NCBI GenBank assembly: GCA_013239625.1 | Contig: MU054187.1 | Coordinates: forward strand, 24,306,433 to 24,370,432 | From: Lama guanicoe | Lineage: Eukaryota | Direction: 5' to 3' | Length of the DNA stretch: 64,000 nucleotides | Shown: positions 39,398-51,774 of the stretch, one piece after another | Numbering within the stretch: position 1 is the stretch's first letter | Layout: every line of letters starts with the position of its first letter | Position numbers and translations under genes: made by a program | Notes under the pieces: generated by a model | The model's input: only the letters and a program-made list of their open reading frames with translations | The model's database searches: none | What the model was told of the DNA's origin: nothing

Positions 39398-39696
39398 GAT
39401 GAATTTAATTATTAATCAAGTGACAAATTTTTTTAAAAACTCAAGGGATATTATACATTTGACAGTATGTTTGTTGCCTATATATTTTTATATTGCAAAA
39501 TATAAATATTTGTATCAGACTTTTTTATGATGACATTGGTGGATATTGTTTGAGTCTTTTGGCTTTATGAGGTTTCTATGAGTTAGGTAGATGGTAGTCT
39601 GATTTTTCTCCCTGAAGGTGATCTGCTTTTTCTGCTTACAGGCCCAATAAAGAATGAAAGTTTAGCTTGATGTTGAGCAATTTTTTCAATTTTTTT

Positions 39697-39743
39697 GACA
39701 CACCATTGTAAAATGATCATAAATCAATAAAAAATGTTAAAAA
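39697..39743 (+). mobile_element. ~50-bp L1 3' tip, same type as the L1 ending near 24950
   Basis: gacacaccattgtaaaatgatcataaatcaataaaaaatgtt matches 24912-24953; TSD aattttttcaatttttt on both sides. Confidence 0.85.
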
Positions 39744-39984
39744 AATTTTTTTTCAATTTTTTCTTTGTGATTCTCATAAATTTGGCTTTATCTTTGAGTC
39801 TGTGATTTTTTTTAAGAAAGGTTTTCTTCTTTCATATCTTTTTATATTTTTTCCTGTCTTGTTTGTTATTTCTCTCCTTATGGAATACAAATTAGTATAC
39901 TGTACAACCTTCATCATCCATATCAATCATTTTCTTACTATTGAGATGCAATTCTCCAAGGATCTTTCATATTTCTGCATGTAT

Positions 39985-40428
39985 TGTGAACAGAGGCACT
40001 AAATTTCCTTTTGTTCTGGACTGTTTAAGTATATTCATATAGTAAAGAGTCTTGGAAGGTAGAGATAGTCTCCCTGTGGAGAAGAAGACATATTTGCTTG
40101 CTGCCTACTCTAATAAGGATAATGTCTCCCTCTGGAGCAAAGTCAGGCAGTTTCCATTTTAAAACATAAGGATTAGTTAAACTCAAGATTCCTTAGATAT
40201 TATGCAAACCCAGAGGATTTGCAAAATGTACCTGAGCTAATCCAGGGATTTGTGGGTCAAGGTAACAGAAATGTAAAGCTCATATTGCTTGCTAGACTAT
40301 AAGTAATTAAGTAAGTCCTCTGTCTCTGAACCTGAATTCTTGTGCCTCCTGCCTTTACAAAAATGGTTGCCCAACAAACTGTTAACTTGAAAGAAGTTTA
40401 AAAATCTCAGATCCTTCACAGTTTTTTA
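39985..40428 (+). mobile_element. MER68/76/77-like ERVL LTR
   Basis: gagatagtctccctgtggag...aagtcctctgtctctgaacc...aaatctcagatccttcacagtt. Confidence 0.65.
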
Positions 40429-40565
40429 CTTGTATCAATCACTTCTACCTTTTTATTCTCTTCCATTATCTTTAAGTGATTCCTTATGACAGTTTTCTAT
40501 GACTTATAGTCTGTTTTCACCAGCTTACTTAATCTCTGGGCTTTATTTTTCTCATTTGTATGATT

Positions 40566-40751
40566 GTTACCGAGTCCAAACTCATTCTGCTCGCTGCATG
40601 ACAGGCCAATAAATCAGGAGACGAGGTACTGGGGCAAGGAATGGCAACTTTATTTGGAAAGCTGGCAGACCGAGAGGATGGCAGACTAATGTCTTGAAGA
40701 ACCATCCTGCTCCAGTCAGAATACAGGCTCCTTTTACACACACACACACAC
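40566..40751 (-). mobile_element. Truncated ERV1-class LTR ending in (CA)n
   Basis: tgttaccgagtccaaactc...ggcaactttatttggaaagctggcagaccgagagg. Confidence 0.7.
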
Positions 40752-41261
40752 AAAATGCCTGCTAGACCTTTGTTCATATTATTTCTACTTAAGTTTTCAT
40801 GTTTAATAGTTTTTTTTTATTTTTCTCATTCATTTCTATATTGACCAGTTTATTTTCTTATCTGGACCTGTCTTATTGCTTGAAAATCTTGTATCTGATT
40901 TTGAAGTTATATATTTTTTTAATTTTAGATTATGAAGATGTTTTTGACCAAAATTCTCTTCTGATATCCAGGTCTAATTCTTCTGATATGTAGTCAGAAT
41001 TACGGACAGCATTCAGAGAAAAGAAGAAATGGTGAAGATTTTATGGGAGTGTATCTCAAGAATATTGCTGCAAAGCAATCTTATAGGACACAAATGAAAA
41101 ATAATGTTAGAAAATATATTTCAGTTATCGTGAGAAGTCTTGAATCTAAAATGACAAATTTGAATTTTATCCTGCTAGCAATGGAGATTCAATGTTGTAT
41201 TTTTCAATGTATGTAGCAGAAGTGTCATTAAATAATTAACTTAATGTTAGTTTACAATAGA

Positions 41262-41763
41262 TGCAGGGGAGAAAGAATTTTTCTCTACCCTTCAAAGATT
41301 TTTTTCAGCTGATTTAATAATCAAATTGGCATGACACAGATTAACCAGAGAAAACTGAATTTAATTTTATATGTACTCATATAACTCAACATACTTCAGA
41401 GACCCCACATACATAAGCAGTTCAAAGACAGAAAGGTAAAATGAGGGATATATGCCATTCTGAGCTAGGGAGTGGGGTAGGAGCCTGGGGCTTTAAGGAC
41501 AGATGGCTATTCACAAGATGACCAAGAAAACAGATGTTTGATAACAGTACATTTGTCCTGCTGTGTAGATGGAGCTACTTAGATAAAATTTATCTCTGGT
41601 AATAACTCTTTTTCTGGGAAAAAATTCAGTTTAAATTCTTCTAGGTAGTTAGGAGAGGGACAGTAATTTCTCTTTAACCTGCAGGGTTTCAATTACCTTT
41701 AGCTCAAAATAATTCACATTTCAAAGTGGCACATCTTGGGAAGACTTGTACTGAATTCCTACA
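41262..41763 (-). mobile_element. ERV1-class solo LTR with a perfect 4-bp TSD
   Basis: TG...CA termini; TAGA at 41258-41261 and 41764-41767; related to 45663-46208. Confidence 0.85.
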
Positions 41764-41764
41764 T

Positions 41765-41970
41765 AGAGCTTCCCAATCAGCATACAGCAGCACAGGGCTG
41801 TGCCTTCAAGGCTTGTAAGTGTTTTGAAATATGTATTCCACTCAGCCTTCAGGATGGTTTGAGCCTCCTGGGACAGTCACTACCAAATGAGCAGCCTCTT
41901 CTGTTTATCAACTAGCATGCTTTACGATTTTTTTCTACATAAGCCATGAAGTAAAAATAATTGCAAAGCA
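41765..41970. mobile_element. Probable hAT-Charlie MITE, family not assigned
   Basis: agagcttcccaatc start and attgcaaagcac end form imperfect TIRs. Confidence 0.45.
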
Positions 41971-42020
41971 CAAGTTTTCAGACTGGTTGGAGAAAATGCA
42001 GACTAAAGACAAGAGAAGCA

Positions 42021-42153
42021 GGGAGGGTATAACTCAAGTGGTAGAGCACATGCTTAGCATGCATGAGGTCCTGGGCTCAATCCCCAGTACTTCCTCTAAA
42101 AATGAATAAATTAATAAACCTAATTACCTCTCCCCTACAAAAAAAATGTTTTT
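42021..42153 (+). mobile_element. vic-1-type camelid tRNA-derived SINE
   Basis: gggagggtataactcaagtggtagagcacatgcttagcatgcatgaggtcctgggctcaatccccagtac head, aataaacctaattacctc tail; TSD aagacaagagaagca / aagacaagagaaata. Confidence 0.92.
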
Positions 42154-42514
42154 AAGACAAGAGAAATAGTTAATAAATTAACATTTACACAAATTATAAT
42201 GAAGGGCTGAACTAGATCACAAGCTTTGGGAATAAAGAGAAGAAGGCGAATTCTGGGGACAGGTCAAAATTTGAATCAAAATTCAAGTGTTGAATTTGGT
42301 AATTGATTGAATGAGAGAGAAGATACAGAACAGATTAAAATAGTATGTTGGTCAGTCAGTTGGATGATAACACTTACCAGCATGTCAGATTTTGGAATAG
42401 AGAATCCAAGCAAACTAACTAACCCAACAATGAAAAATGGAAGCAAGATGTTATATAGACCTGGTACCATATGGACTTAAATAAAGATGAAAGTCATAAA
42501 GATGGATACTAAGA

Positions 42515-42522
42515 TATACATA

Positions 42523-42556
<34 letters not shown>
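42515..42556. repeat. (TA)n microsatellite
   Basis: Read directly from the sequence. Confidence 0.9.
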
Positions 42557-42572
42557 CTGTATACCTTATGTG

Positions 42573-43000
42573 TGTCAACTGGAAAAAAAAACTTGCAGTG
42601 TAAGAGCTGTGAGTTGAGTATATTCAGCATCTTAATGGAGGCAATACCCAGGAGACAGTCTCTCTGATGTTCTGAGAAACTGGAGAGACAGGGGAGGAGT
42701 CCCTATGTATGGTGCAGTAAGATCCCAGTAAAATGTTATTACTTGTCACGAGGATCAAACAGCTCTGTTAATTTTAGTGTCTTTCTAAGTATGGGAAGAT
42801 GCAAGAATTTAGGTTCATAAAATTTCTCCCAGAAATATCTATCTGAGGGCTAACTCTGTCAGTCTTCCCAGAGCACAGAATGTCTATTGCTTAATCTTTG
42901 TCCTGAATTACTTTTTAGGGTGTGCTGTAGGTGAGTGGCTGCAGTGGCTAATTTCTCAATTTTTGCAGAACAGGATGTTGGCAACATTCTTTGTTTTACA
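42573..43000 (-). mobile_element. ERV1-class solo LTR with a perfect 4-bp TSD
   Basis: tgtcaactgg...ttgttttaca; TGTG on both flanks; shares ctctgagaaactg and gtatgggaagatgc blocks with 43631-44138. Confidence 0.85.
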
Positions 43001-43630
43001 TGTGAAAACGTGACTCTGTAAAGATACGTAATCATAACAGCAGTGACCAGAGGACCCTGTGCAAATGCAAGTTGCCAATCTAAACCCAAAGTACCAGTGC
43101 AGTTTACAACCAATTTATTAGCAATGCAAATGCCAAGCTACCTCTGACTTTCCCCAAAGCAGGATAAACAAAATAAACGAGCCATTAGGCGGCACAGGTG
43201 AGACAAGCAGACTTCAAGAGCTCTGCTCCGATCACTTTGAAAAGCAGAGAAAGGCAGCGTAACAAGCTTCCACTTGAACAGAATGTTTATTCAGCTTGAT
43301 GCAAGGCACAGGAAATCACCCTAACAGTTTTGAATTGGTATAAAAGATTGTGTGCACTTGTCAGATTTATGCTTTTAGGCCGTAAAAGCAAAAGACTCTT
43401 ACAGAGGAATTTTCTTAATTAAGCAATTTAGGAATAAAGGCAGCAGGAAAGAAGAAATAGACTTCACACACATCACAGCTTGTGCCCAAAATGATGTTAT
43501 TTTTTTCTCATTTTCCCAGTCTAAGATTTCCTTTTCAACTTCCCAAACTAATTCTAAGATTTCTGCTTCCGTCCATCATCTCTGCCAGCTAATGACTTCC
43601 AGCTTGTACCTACCTTGGCTGGGACACTAC

Positions 43631-44138
43631 TGTTAACTAAAAAAAAGGGCATAACCCAGAAGTTGAGGGCTATGTTTTATTCAGTTGACATTTCCGAGGA
43701 CTTAAGCCTGGGATACAGCCTCTCAGATTGCTCTGAGAAACTGCTCTGAAGAGGCAGGGGCAGAGCCAGTATATGCAGGAGTTTTTGCAACAAAGACCAG
43801 ATAGTTGGAACATCAAAAGATTACTGTAAATTACAGATAACCTGATATCTCAAGTTAGGGAATATGGAGGTTTTCTATGTATGGGAAGATGCGAAGGTCT
43901 GGGCTCACTGGAATCACCCCTTTGCTGTGCACCGTAGCCGTCCAGGGACAGGTTCCTGTGCCTCCATCCTGAGTTCCCTCAGGGGCACCACTGGGGGTAG
44001 CTGCAGTGGCTGCGCAGCCTGCCTGCCTCCATCTTGAGTTCCCTTTGGCTCATCTTTGGGGGCAGCAGTAGTGGCTGATGGCTTATGTCTGCAACATCCT
44101 TTGTTTACTGATACGGCAGGCAGTATTTTTCAGCTACA
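43631..44138 (-). mobile_element. ERV1-class solo LTR
   Basis: tgttaactaaa...gttttattc (minus-strand AATAAA)...ttttcagctaca; TSD ambiguous. Confidence 0.8.
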
Positions 44139-44989
44139 TTATTTTGTTTCATAATTGCTTATTTAATTCCTTTCTTCTGTGATGTTTTCAAAGGCAAAGC
44201 TTGTACATTATCTGTGTCACAGAACCTTTCACGGAAAGATTCTGTGTATGGTCACAACCAAAATCAAGAACAGAAGAGAGATCAACTCAATTTCTTTGAA
44301 GTTTAGGAAATTCTCACTGAGTTGATGGGGATTATTTTAAATCTAAAATATAGTGCTAGATAACTATGTTAAAGAATAATCGTCCAAAAGGGGTATAGCC
44401 AAGACTTTCATTAAAATACAAAATGGATACATATTAACTATTTCATTTAACTACTTACTAATGAAGAATCAGGTAAATGTTACAACTGGTTCAAAAAAAA
44501 AAGTTAAACAAGCATAAATTTATATGGAGTAAAGTTTCCTCAGTAAAGAAATATAGAAAACAGTTTACAAATGGATGCAAAACTGGCTTTTTCTCATGGG
44601 AAGAGAAGGAAAGAGAGTCCAGACAGAATTTATTTGCATGTCTAAGAACAAGAATTATTTTGCATTGCTTTCAGTTACCTACAATTTGCGGAATTGTAAA
44701 ATAGCTCAAATGAAAGGCTAGGCTCAGATAACTCAGAAAGTGAGCTCTAACCTACACGATGCACAGTTCTCCATCGGAGACATTAGTCATCTTTTTTGCT
44801 TACTCCAAATCGCCTTACAAATGATAAGTATTATTTTAAAGGTGGAGTGTCAGGGTTCCATGTTTATTGATTAAAGAGTAACCTGTGATCAAAATTTGTT
44901 TTCCTAAGTTTGTAAGAAAATGTTTCTCACCTCCTCATGACACATTCAGTTTTATCATTAGCACTTCTTTTTTTTTTAGCAGAACAATA

Positions 44990-45190
44990 ACTACAAAATC
45001 TAACATTCACTGAGGTACAAACTACTATGTATAAAAAATATGGTACAAGGATATATTTTTACAGCACTGGGACTATAGTAAATATTTTATAATAACTGTA
45101 AATAAGGTATAATCTATAAAAGTTTTGAATCACTATGTTGTACACGTGAAACTAGTATAATATTGTAAATCAACTATAAATGAAGAAAAA
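44990..45190 (+). mobile_element. L1 3' end fragment
   Basis: tacagcactgggactatagtaaatattttataataac...gaatcactatgttgtacacgtgaaactagtataatattgtaaatcaactata. Confidence 0.8.
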
Positions 45191-45309
45191 AAGAAAGAGA
45201 GAGAGAGAGAGAAGGAGGGAGGGAGAAAACAGTACTAAGTATTACACCAAAGCTATAATCTTATACTGGGATTGGGAAAACAAAACACAGCTACACACAT
45301 TTTTTATAA

Positions 45310-45505
45310 ATCCATCATTTATTGGAAGCTTACTTCCTGTCAGGTGGTGTGATGAGTGCTTTACCCACAGAATTCTCTAATCCTTATGTCAGTCTGATGA
45401 AGAATTTTATTATTCTCATTTTATAGATGAGGAAACTGAAAGCTAGTGAAGGCTCTAAATCATATGGGAAGCATGTGAGAGCACTGAATTTCAAGCAGAA
45501 AGCTC
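45310..45505 (-). mobile_element. MIR fragment
   Basis: ctcattttatagatgaggaaactgaaagct. Confidence 0.7.
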
Positions 45506-45662
45506 TAGGTCTATGTTGTCCAGTACGGAAGCCAATAGCCACATGACACTTGAAATGCAGCTAGTCCAAATGGACATGTGCTATAGGTCTAAACTACCAA
45601 CTGGATTTTCAAAACATAGTACCAAAAAAAATCATGTTTTGAAATGATAATATGTTTAGGTA

Positions 45663-46208
45663 TGCAGGGAAGGAGAGACTTTACCCTTCTAGGTTTGATA
45701 TCTGGAGTTATGAAATGTACTGACAAAAAGCAGGTTAACAGGAGAAAAGGTATAGAACTTTATTAATTTTTAGTATTATGTGCACAGGAACATCATGGAA
45801 AAAAGTAATAAGATTCAAGAGCTTATAAACCCTCTTAATAAGGGAAGGGGGGGAGGCTGTAGGCAACCGAAGGGAGAATAAATGAGTTTTAGAAAAGATA
45901 GATGGGCCATTAGAAGATGAGCCAGGAGATATAATAGTTTGTGACAAAGTTTGTCTGAATGTGGTGCCCAGTTCCAGTTTCCTCTTCTGTGATTCAAGTC
46001 AATCTTCCCTGGTTGATGAAACTCCCTGGGAGGGGATTTACGACAATTGAGTTCCTTTTGGAAAATCTGTTTTTAGGCAGATAAGGAAAATTCAGTAAAA
46101 GCATTTCCCTGAACACGCTGTTTTGTTTTTTTTTTTAATGGCTTCACCTCAAAATAATCAATATACCAAAGCAGTGTATTATGGGGTGGTATGTCCTAAA
46201 ATCCTTCA
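45663..46208 (-). mobile_element. ERV1-class solo LTR nested in MER33
   Basis: TG...CA termini; 4-bp TSD GGTA/GATA. Confidence 0.85.
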
Positions 46209-46277
46209 GATAGACTAGGTTAAATAAAATATATTAACCTTACCACCTATTGCTTTCAATCTTTTTTTTTAAATATA

Positions 46278-46758
46278 TGTGAACAAAAAATACTGCAGAA
46301 GATATCAGTAAACAAAGAATGCTGAAGCCATCAAGTCATCAGCGGCTGCCCCACCCCTCAGTGAAGACAAGCCTGCAGCCCGGCCTCTGCAGCCACTCAC
46401 AGTGGTGCCCCCTGAGGGGACTCAGAATAAGAAAGGACAGGACACCGGCCCTAGACAGCTAGGTGCTTGTCAAAGGAATGAATTCAGTGAGCCCAAATGT
46501 TTGCTCTCTCCAATACACAGAAAAGCACTAAATTCTTTAACTCGAGATGCCTGGTTTTCTTCAGTTAACACGTAATATTTTATTGTTCCAACTACCTGGT
46601 CTTTGTTATAAAACTCTTATATGTCCGAGCTCTATTTCAGAGCGGTCCCTCAGAGCGATCTGAGAGGCTGTCATCCTGGGCTTGAAGGGGTTCGAGTCCT
46701 CAGAAATGTCCACCAAATAAAGCATAACTCTCAACGTTTAGGCTGTGCATTTATTTCA
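46278..46758 (+). mobile_element. ERV1-class solo LTR nested in MER33, same family as 43631-44138 in opposite orientation
   Basis: aaaaatactgc...atcagtaaacaaagaatgctg is the reverse complement of the 44090-44130 block; AATAAA near 46716; TSD TATA/TATG. Confidence 0.85.
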
Positions 46759-46904
46759 TATGCTACTAGAAAATTTAAAGTCACTTGTAGCTTGACTTAC
46801 ATTTTTACTGGATAGCGCTACTGTAGAGTGAGTCTACTTAATGGCAGACTTGAATGACAGAAAGTTGCCAACAAAAATCAGGAGTTCTGTTTTTTAGAAA
46901 ATTA

Positions 46905-47371
46905 GATGATGTGAAAGAACAGTCAGACCTGGACAGCAGTCAAAGTGCTAAAGACAGGTTTCATTTAGGACTCGTGCAACAGAGGGAAAGAGACCTCAGA
47001 ACAGAGCCAGGCTTGATTCTGAGTACAGCAGCGTGGGCAAGTGGGAATTTACAGCCAGTGAACGAGGTGGGGTTCAGTGGATGAAAAATTACTAAAAGGA
47101 AATATTAAGGGTAAGGGGACAGGGAGGTTCTGGCTAAATCAACCTAGCAGGATCTTTGCTGAAAGACAGGCCAGGGTGATGAGACACAGCTTAAGGGATG
47201 AGGATCCTGACCATATATCAAGAGTGATCAGATGTCAAGGGTCAGGGGCTCTTACTAAACTGACATAGCATTTTTCCTGTTAAAACTGGATTTCATAAGG
47301 AAGTGCACAGATGAGCCTAGAAGAAGGTTCAAGAGCCTGACTAAAGTTTGGTCAAGCAAAGAATCTTTTAA
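46905..47371 (-). mobile_element. MER31-like ERV1 LTR
   Basis: aaaactggatttcataaggaagtgcacagatgagcctagaagaaggttcaagagcctgactaaagtttggtcaagcaaagaatcttt. Confidence 0.8.
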
Positions 47372-47823
47372 TAAATAAATAGTCCTAATGACCTCCACCC
47401 TAAAAAAAAAAAAAAACTTTGTAAATGATGATAAAAAATAGTTACTGTATCAAAATATCTATTACCATTATGGGAGCCACATGTAATTTGCAGAAAATTT
47501 TTTATTGAATTATTCAATGTTTTAATAGAGTCACCCTCATTCAACAATCAACAATGTCGCATTTAGTCACCCTTAAAAATCAATGCCGTTTGTAACACCA
47601 GAGTGGGTAGCAGGGGGCTTGAGGTGCATTGCAGCTGGGAGTAAAGCAGTATCTGCACCTGCAGAGAGTCGGCCTGAGTTTGAGTCTCAGCCACTGCTGA
47701 CTTTGACAAGTACCCATGTGTGCTGTGAGTTCCTCGTCTGTAGAAGGAAGACATTGAACTTTGAGATCCTTCTAGGGGGAAGAGTTCAGTGACTCTAACC
47801 GTTCTAGACTTTTACCTGTACCC

Positions 47824-48005
47824 TTCTGTTCTCAAACTTGAGCATCATCAGAGTCACCTGGAGGTTCCCAAACCACAGAACACAGGGCCCCACCTCCAGA
47901 GTTTCTGATTCAGAAGATCTGGGGAATAGCTGAAAATCCGTGCTTCTAATAAGTCCCTGGGGATGCGGATGCTGCCAGTCTGGGGACCACAATTGGAAGA
48001 CACTG
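47824..48005. mobile_element. MER5A hAT-Charlie MITE
   Basis: gttctcaaacttgagcatcatcagagtcacctggagg...ccccacctccagagtttctgattcag...ggggaccacaattggaagacactg. Confidence 0.85.
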
Positions 48006-49924
48006 GGATGCAGCAATGTTACAAAGCCATTCACCTCGTGAGGGAACGCAGGGGCTGCTAACTTGAGAGTGGAGTGGAATTAATATTCAAGAGGTGACCT
48101 GAAAGTTTGAGATTTCTCAAACTTTTGTTGTTGTGGTGGTTGAGGATGACTCTGATTTGTGTTCCCATCCAGGAAGGGGAGAACTTAGACCAATAAAGAC
48201 CTTAATGATTGCCTTTCCTGCTTCATTTTTCCTTTCTTTTATAGAATTAGACATTTTAAAGGAGAACACAAAATCAGGTTCTGAGTTTTTTATTGATTTT
48301 TCAGCGAAAACTACTGCATTTTTAAATGGATGGTGGGCAAAATCTCTACCTACAATATTACATAACAGACACACCTAAAATCTACATTTCTATTAATGAT
48401 CTGATGTGGAATATTTTATTTTCAAACAAAGTCTGATAATTAAAATAATGAATTTTCTCCTTAATTCACTATTTTAAGATTTTATTTAATTTATTACAAA
48501 ATTTTGTGCCTTTTAGGGTAAAATCAGCTTGTTCTAATTACGTTTATAAAATAAAAGCTTCCCCTATATCTCTAATGTTTCAACATCTTTATTTCTTCGC
48601 ATCTGGATATCTTTAGGGCCTAATGTGCAACTTCATGGTTCTGTGAGAACACCAACTGACTGTGCAAATATGCATTAAAGCAGTGGGAATTTGAGTTACT
48701 TTGTCCAGACAATGCTGACAGAAGCACTGTACATACGAGATGGTGATATGACTTTTATAGTAATGTTGTATATATTCACCTAGGTTGGAAAAACAAAGTG
48801 GATTATTTTTAGCGCTGTCTTTTGTTCTGTTTAATGTTTTAACAAGTTCACCTAGATCATAGTAAAAGTGCTGTGGCTAAGAAATCATAGGTCCTCTGCC
48901 TTAATTTCTTTTTTTGAAAAAAACTTTAACCTGAAATTATGTCTTAAAAAGCTTTGTAATTTTATTTTAATTTCTTCTCAAGGATTCTAATTAAGCCTCA
49001 TCTCTGTGGGAAGTAAAATTAATAGATATTCTCTCTTTTTACAGATAAGTTACAAAGTGATGGTAGGTGTTCTTAAATCAAACTCACTAATTTAGGATTA
49101 TGAGGAAAACCACAAAGTCAATCAATTACCCGGATAGAATGACATGGTCAAAACAACCATTAATGGATTATGTTTTGCTCCTGTTCTTTATCTGAAGTTT
49201 GGTCTATGTGGATATAATCTATGTCTCTGGTATGATTAATACGACAACCATTTTGATACTTCTTTTTAAGCTTCAGAGCTTTCATGATTATTGCCCTTGT
49301 CTTCATCATGAATGGCCATCTGCTCTTCTTTCCCTTAAATGAATGGAGTGATTTTAATTTATTATCAATATATTCTGAGAGTAACACTGTTAATGCTATA
49401 CTCAGACCAAAAAAAAGTGCCTGAAATAATTATGGAACCCACCTGAAATTTCAAAATGAACATATTTTCCCCAAGCTTTGTAATAGTCACTTCAGGCACA
49501 AGCTCACAACCACTTTTAACTAGTATCCAGTAAAACACCTTTACCAACTCAATGATCTTCTTTTAAAATCTGAAATCAACAAAATCATTGAAAAAAATTA
49601 ACCCTTTGCTATTCTAATGCTGGTATTCTAACCAGAGTCCCAATTAGATTTAAATTTTATTATTTTAAAAATGTCCTCTATGTTTCCTCTTTCTGAAAAT
49701 TTAAAATAAACCTGAATGTAAGGAAATAAATGAGATATATGTTCCTAGTTAATAATATCTAGTTAACAGACGTAATACTCATACATTTTGGCTATATTTG
49801 CAGAGTCCTCAAAAGACCAAGTCTTTATTAATTATCTGAATTCTCTAAAGGCTAAATTTGTATTCTATGGCAATGAATAATGATTTTCAGCTCCATATTT
49901 TCCATCGTCTAAATTCTTTTTCCT

Positions 49925-50772
49925 TAACCTCTTAAGGTCTGTTTCTGCTCATAGCACTTCTGACACCAAAAATGTGGAGGTTTTCTTCCAAATCAATCAA
50001 TTCTCCAAATCTCCAGACACCACTGGGTATCTTACAGTGCAGTTCAGTTCTGACCATAACTACCTAGAGTTAGAACAGACCCCACAGACTATCGGTTCAC
50101 TCAATCCCACAAGATTTCCTGCCACTTCAGATGCCAGTTACAGATTTCCTGTACTTCTGACCAAATGACTGTAAGCCAAGAGGTTCCATGACTGCCTCCC
50201 CAGGTTCCATAATTTGCTAGAATGGCTTATGGAACTGAGGAAAACAGTTAACTTACTATTACTGGTTTATTACAAAGGATGTAACTCATGGAAGAGTTGT
50301 AAGCAGGGGGGAAGGGGCACAGAGCTTCCATGCCCTTTCTAGTAAGCCACTCCTCCTGCCCCTCAGCATGTTCACCAACTAGAGCCTCTCCAAATCCCAC
50401 CATTTAGGTTTTCCAGGAGATTCCAGTTCATAGGCGTGACTGAGTAAATCATTGGCCATTGGGCATTAGCACAATCTTCAGCCTATTTCCCCTCCAGGAA
50501 GGTCAGGTGGGTAGACCTGAAAGTTCTAAACCTCTACTCACATGGTTGGTTCCTCTGGCAACCAGCCTCCATCCTGAAGCTATCCAGGGGCCCAACAGGA
50601 GTCACCTTATTAACTTAAACCGAGGTATGATTGAAAGGGGCTTATTATCAACAAGAAAGAACTCTCCTTCAGAACCCAACCACCAAGGAAATTTCAAAGG
50701 TTTTAGATGCTCTGTGCCGAGAACCAGGGATGAAGACCAAATATATATTACTTATTATATAACAATATCATA
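49925..50772 (-). mobile_element. MER21-like LTR
   Basis: acttctgacaccaaa...ttcagttctgaccataactacctagagttag...ttcctctggcaaccagcctccatcctgaagctatcc...gaagaccaaatatatatt. Confidence 0.85.
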
Positions 50773-51168
50773 TACATTAACCATAGCAATTAAGGCATAG
50801 GTAGGCTAAAAATTCCAGAGTACAGTTAGAAGCCATCAAAACGTCAGAATTACAGGACTATTGGGTCCTGTAAAGTCAAGTCTGATATGTTCATCCATTC
50901 TGCCTAATCCATTAAGGGGAGTTAAAATGTAACTAATTTGATGTTATATCACACCTTATTATCCCAAAACTAGCCACGCTGAACAGATCAAGGGTGTTTA
51001 CTATTTTTCTTTGTCTTTTTAGTGCTATGAGTATCAGTATTCTTCTTAATAAAGATATCATGTCGGGAGTGTATGCTGTGTACAAGGCAATAGCCTAGTT
51101 TCCATTTGAAGTTACACACAACAGCCTTAAGTGAGAATCAGAAAAAAATTAGAACAGGACATACAGAA

Positions 51169-51335
51169 GGGGAGGTTGTGGCTCAGTGGTACAACGTGTG
51201 CTTAGCATGCACAAGGTCCTGGGTTCAAACCCTAGTTCCTTCATTAAAAAAAGAAACAAAAAACTAAGTGAATAAATAAACCTAATTACCCTCCTCCCCA
51301 TCCCCCCCAAAAAAACCCCAAATTAAAAAAAAAAA
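51169..51335 (+). mobile_element. vic-1-type camelid SINE
   Basis: ggggaggttgtggctcagtggtacaacgtgtgcttagcatgcacaaggtcctgggttcaaaccc head, aataaacctaattacc tail; degenerate TSD aggacatacagaa / agcacatctagaa. Confidence 0.9.
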
Positions 51336-51469
51336 AGCACATCTAGAAAATCTAGCATGCTTTTAAAAATTGGCACTGTATAATTCTACTGTTTTATAGG
51401 CAAAATCTATGTCTCTGATTATAATTAGAACCGTAGCCTTTCCATTACTCATTTTAAATATTCCCACCT

Positions 51470-51580
51470 TCCATGATTATTTTCTGTGACTCTGATTTGA
51501 TAGGTCTGGGATGGGGCCCAGGAATTTACAGTTTTGAAAGCTCATCAGGTGATTCTTCTGTGCAATCAGTTTGCAAACCC
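51470..51580. mobile_element. MER5-type MITE fragment
   Basis: gactctgatttgataggtctgggatggggcccaggaattt...caggtgattct. Confidence 0.65.
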
Positions 51581-51774
51581 TTTATCACACAAGTGGAGAG
51601 ATTAAAGCCAAGAAGGCAAAGTGACATCCTGTTAAGGTGCCTGAAATTTCACCATCATAATGTGCCTTCTTAGAACTTGGAGACTTCTCAGTCTTTATTA
51701 TTTAAAGGGAAACTTTGTTAAGAAAGATTGTGTCAACTAAAGGACAGCAAGATAAAGGACTAGAGCCTAGGGTA

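Larger units (their letters stand above)
45510..46820 (-). mobile_element. MER33-like hAT-Charlie element split into three pieces by two LTRs
   Basis: tgttgtccagtacggaagccaatagccacatg (45513 on), ggttaaataaaatatatt (~46220), gctactagaaaatttaaa...ctggatagcgct (to 46819) follow MER33 order. Confidence 0.8.

Noticed and set aside
42021..42095. tRNA-like sequence with A and B boxes (also 51169-51240)
   Set aside because: Followed by the SINE tail, A-rich end and TSDs, so these are SINE heads rather than tRNA genes.
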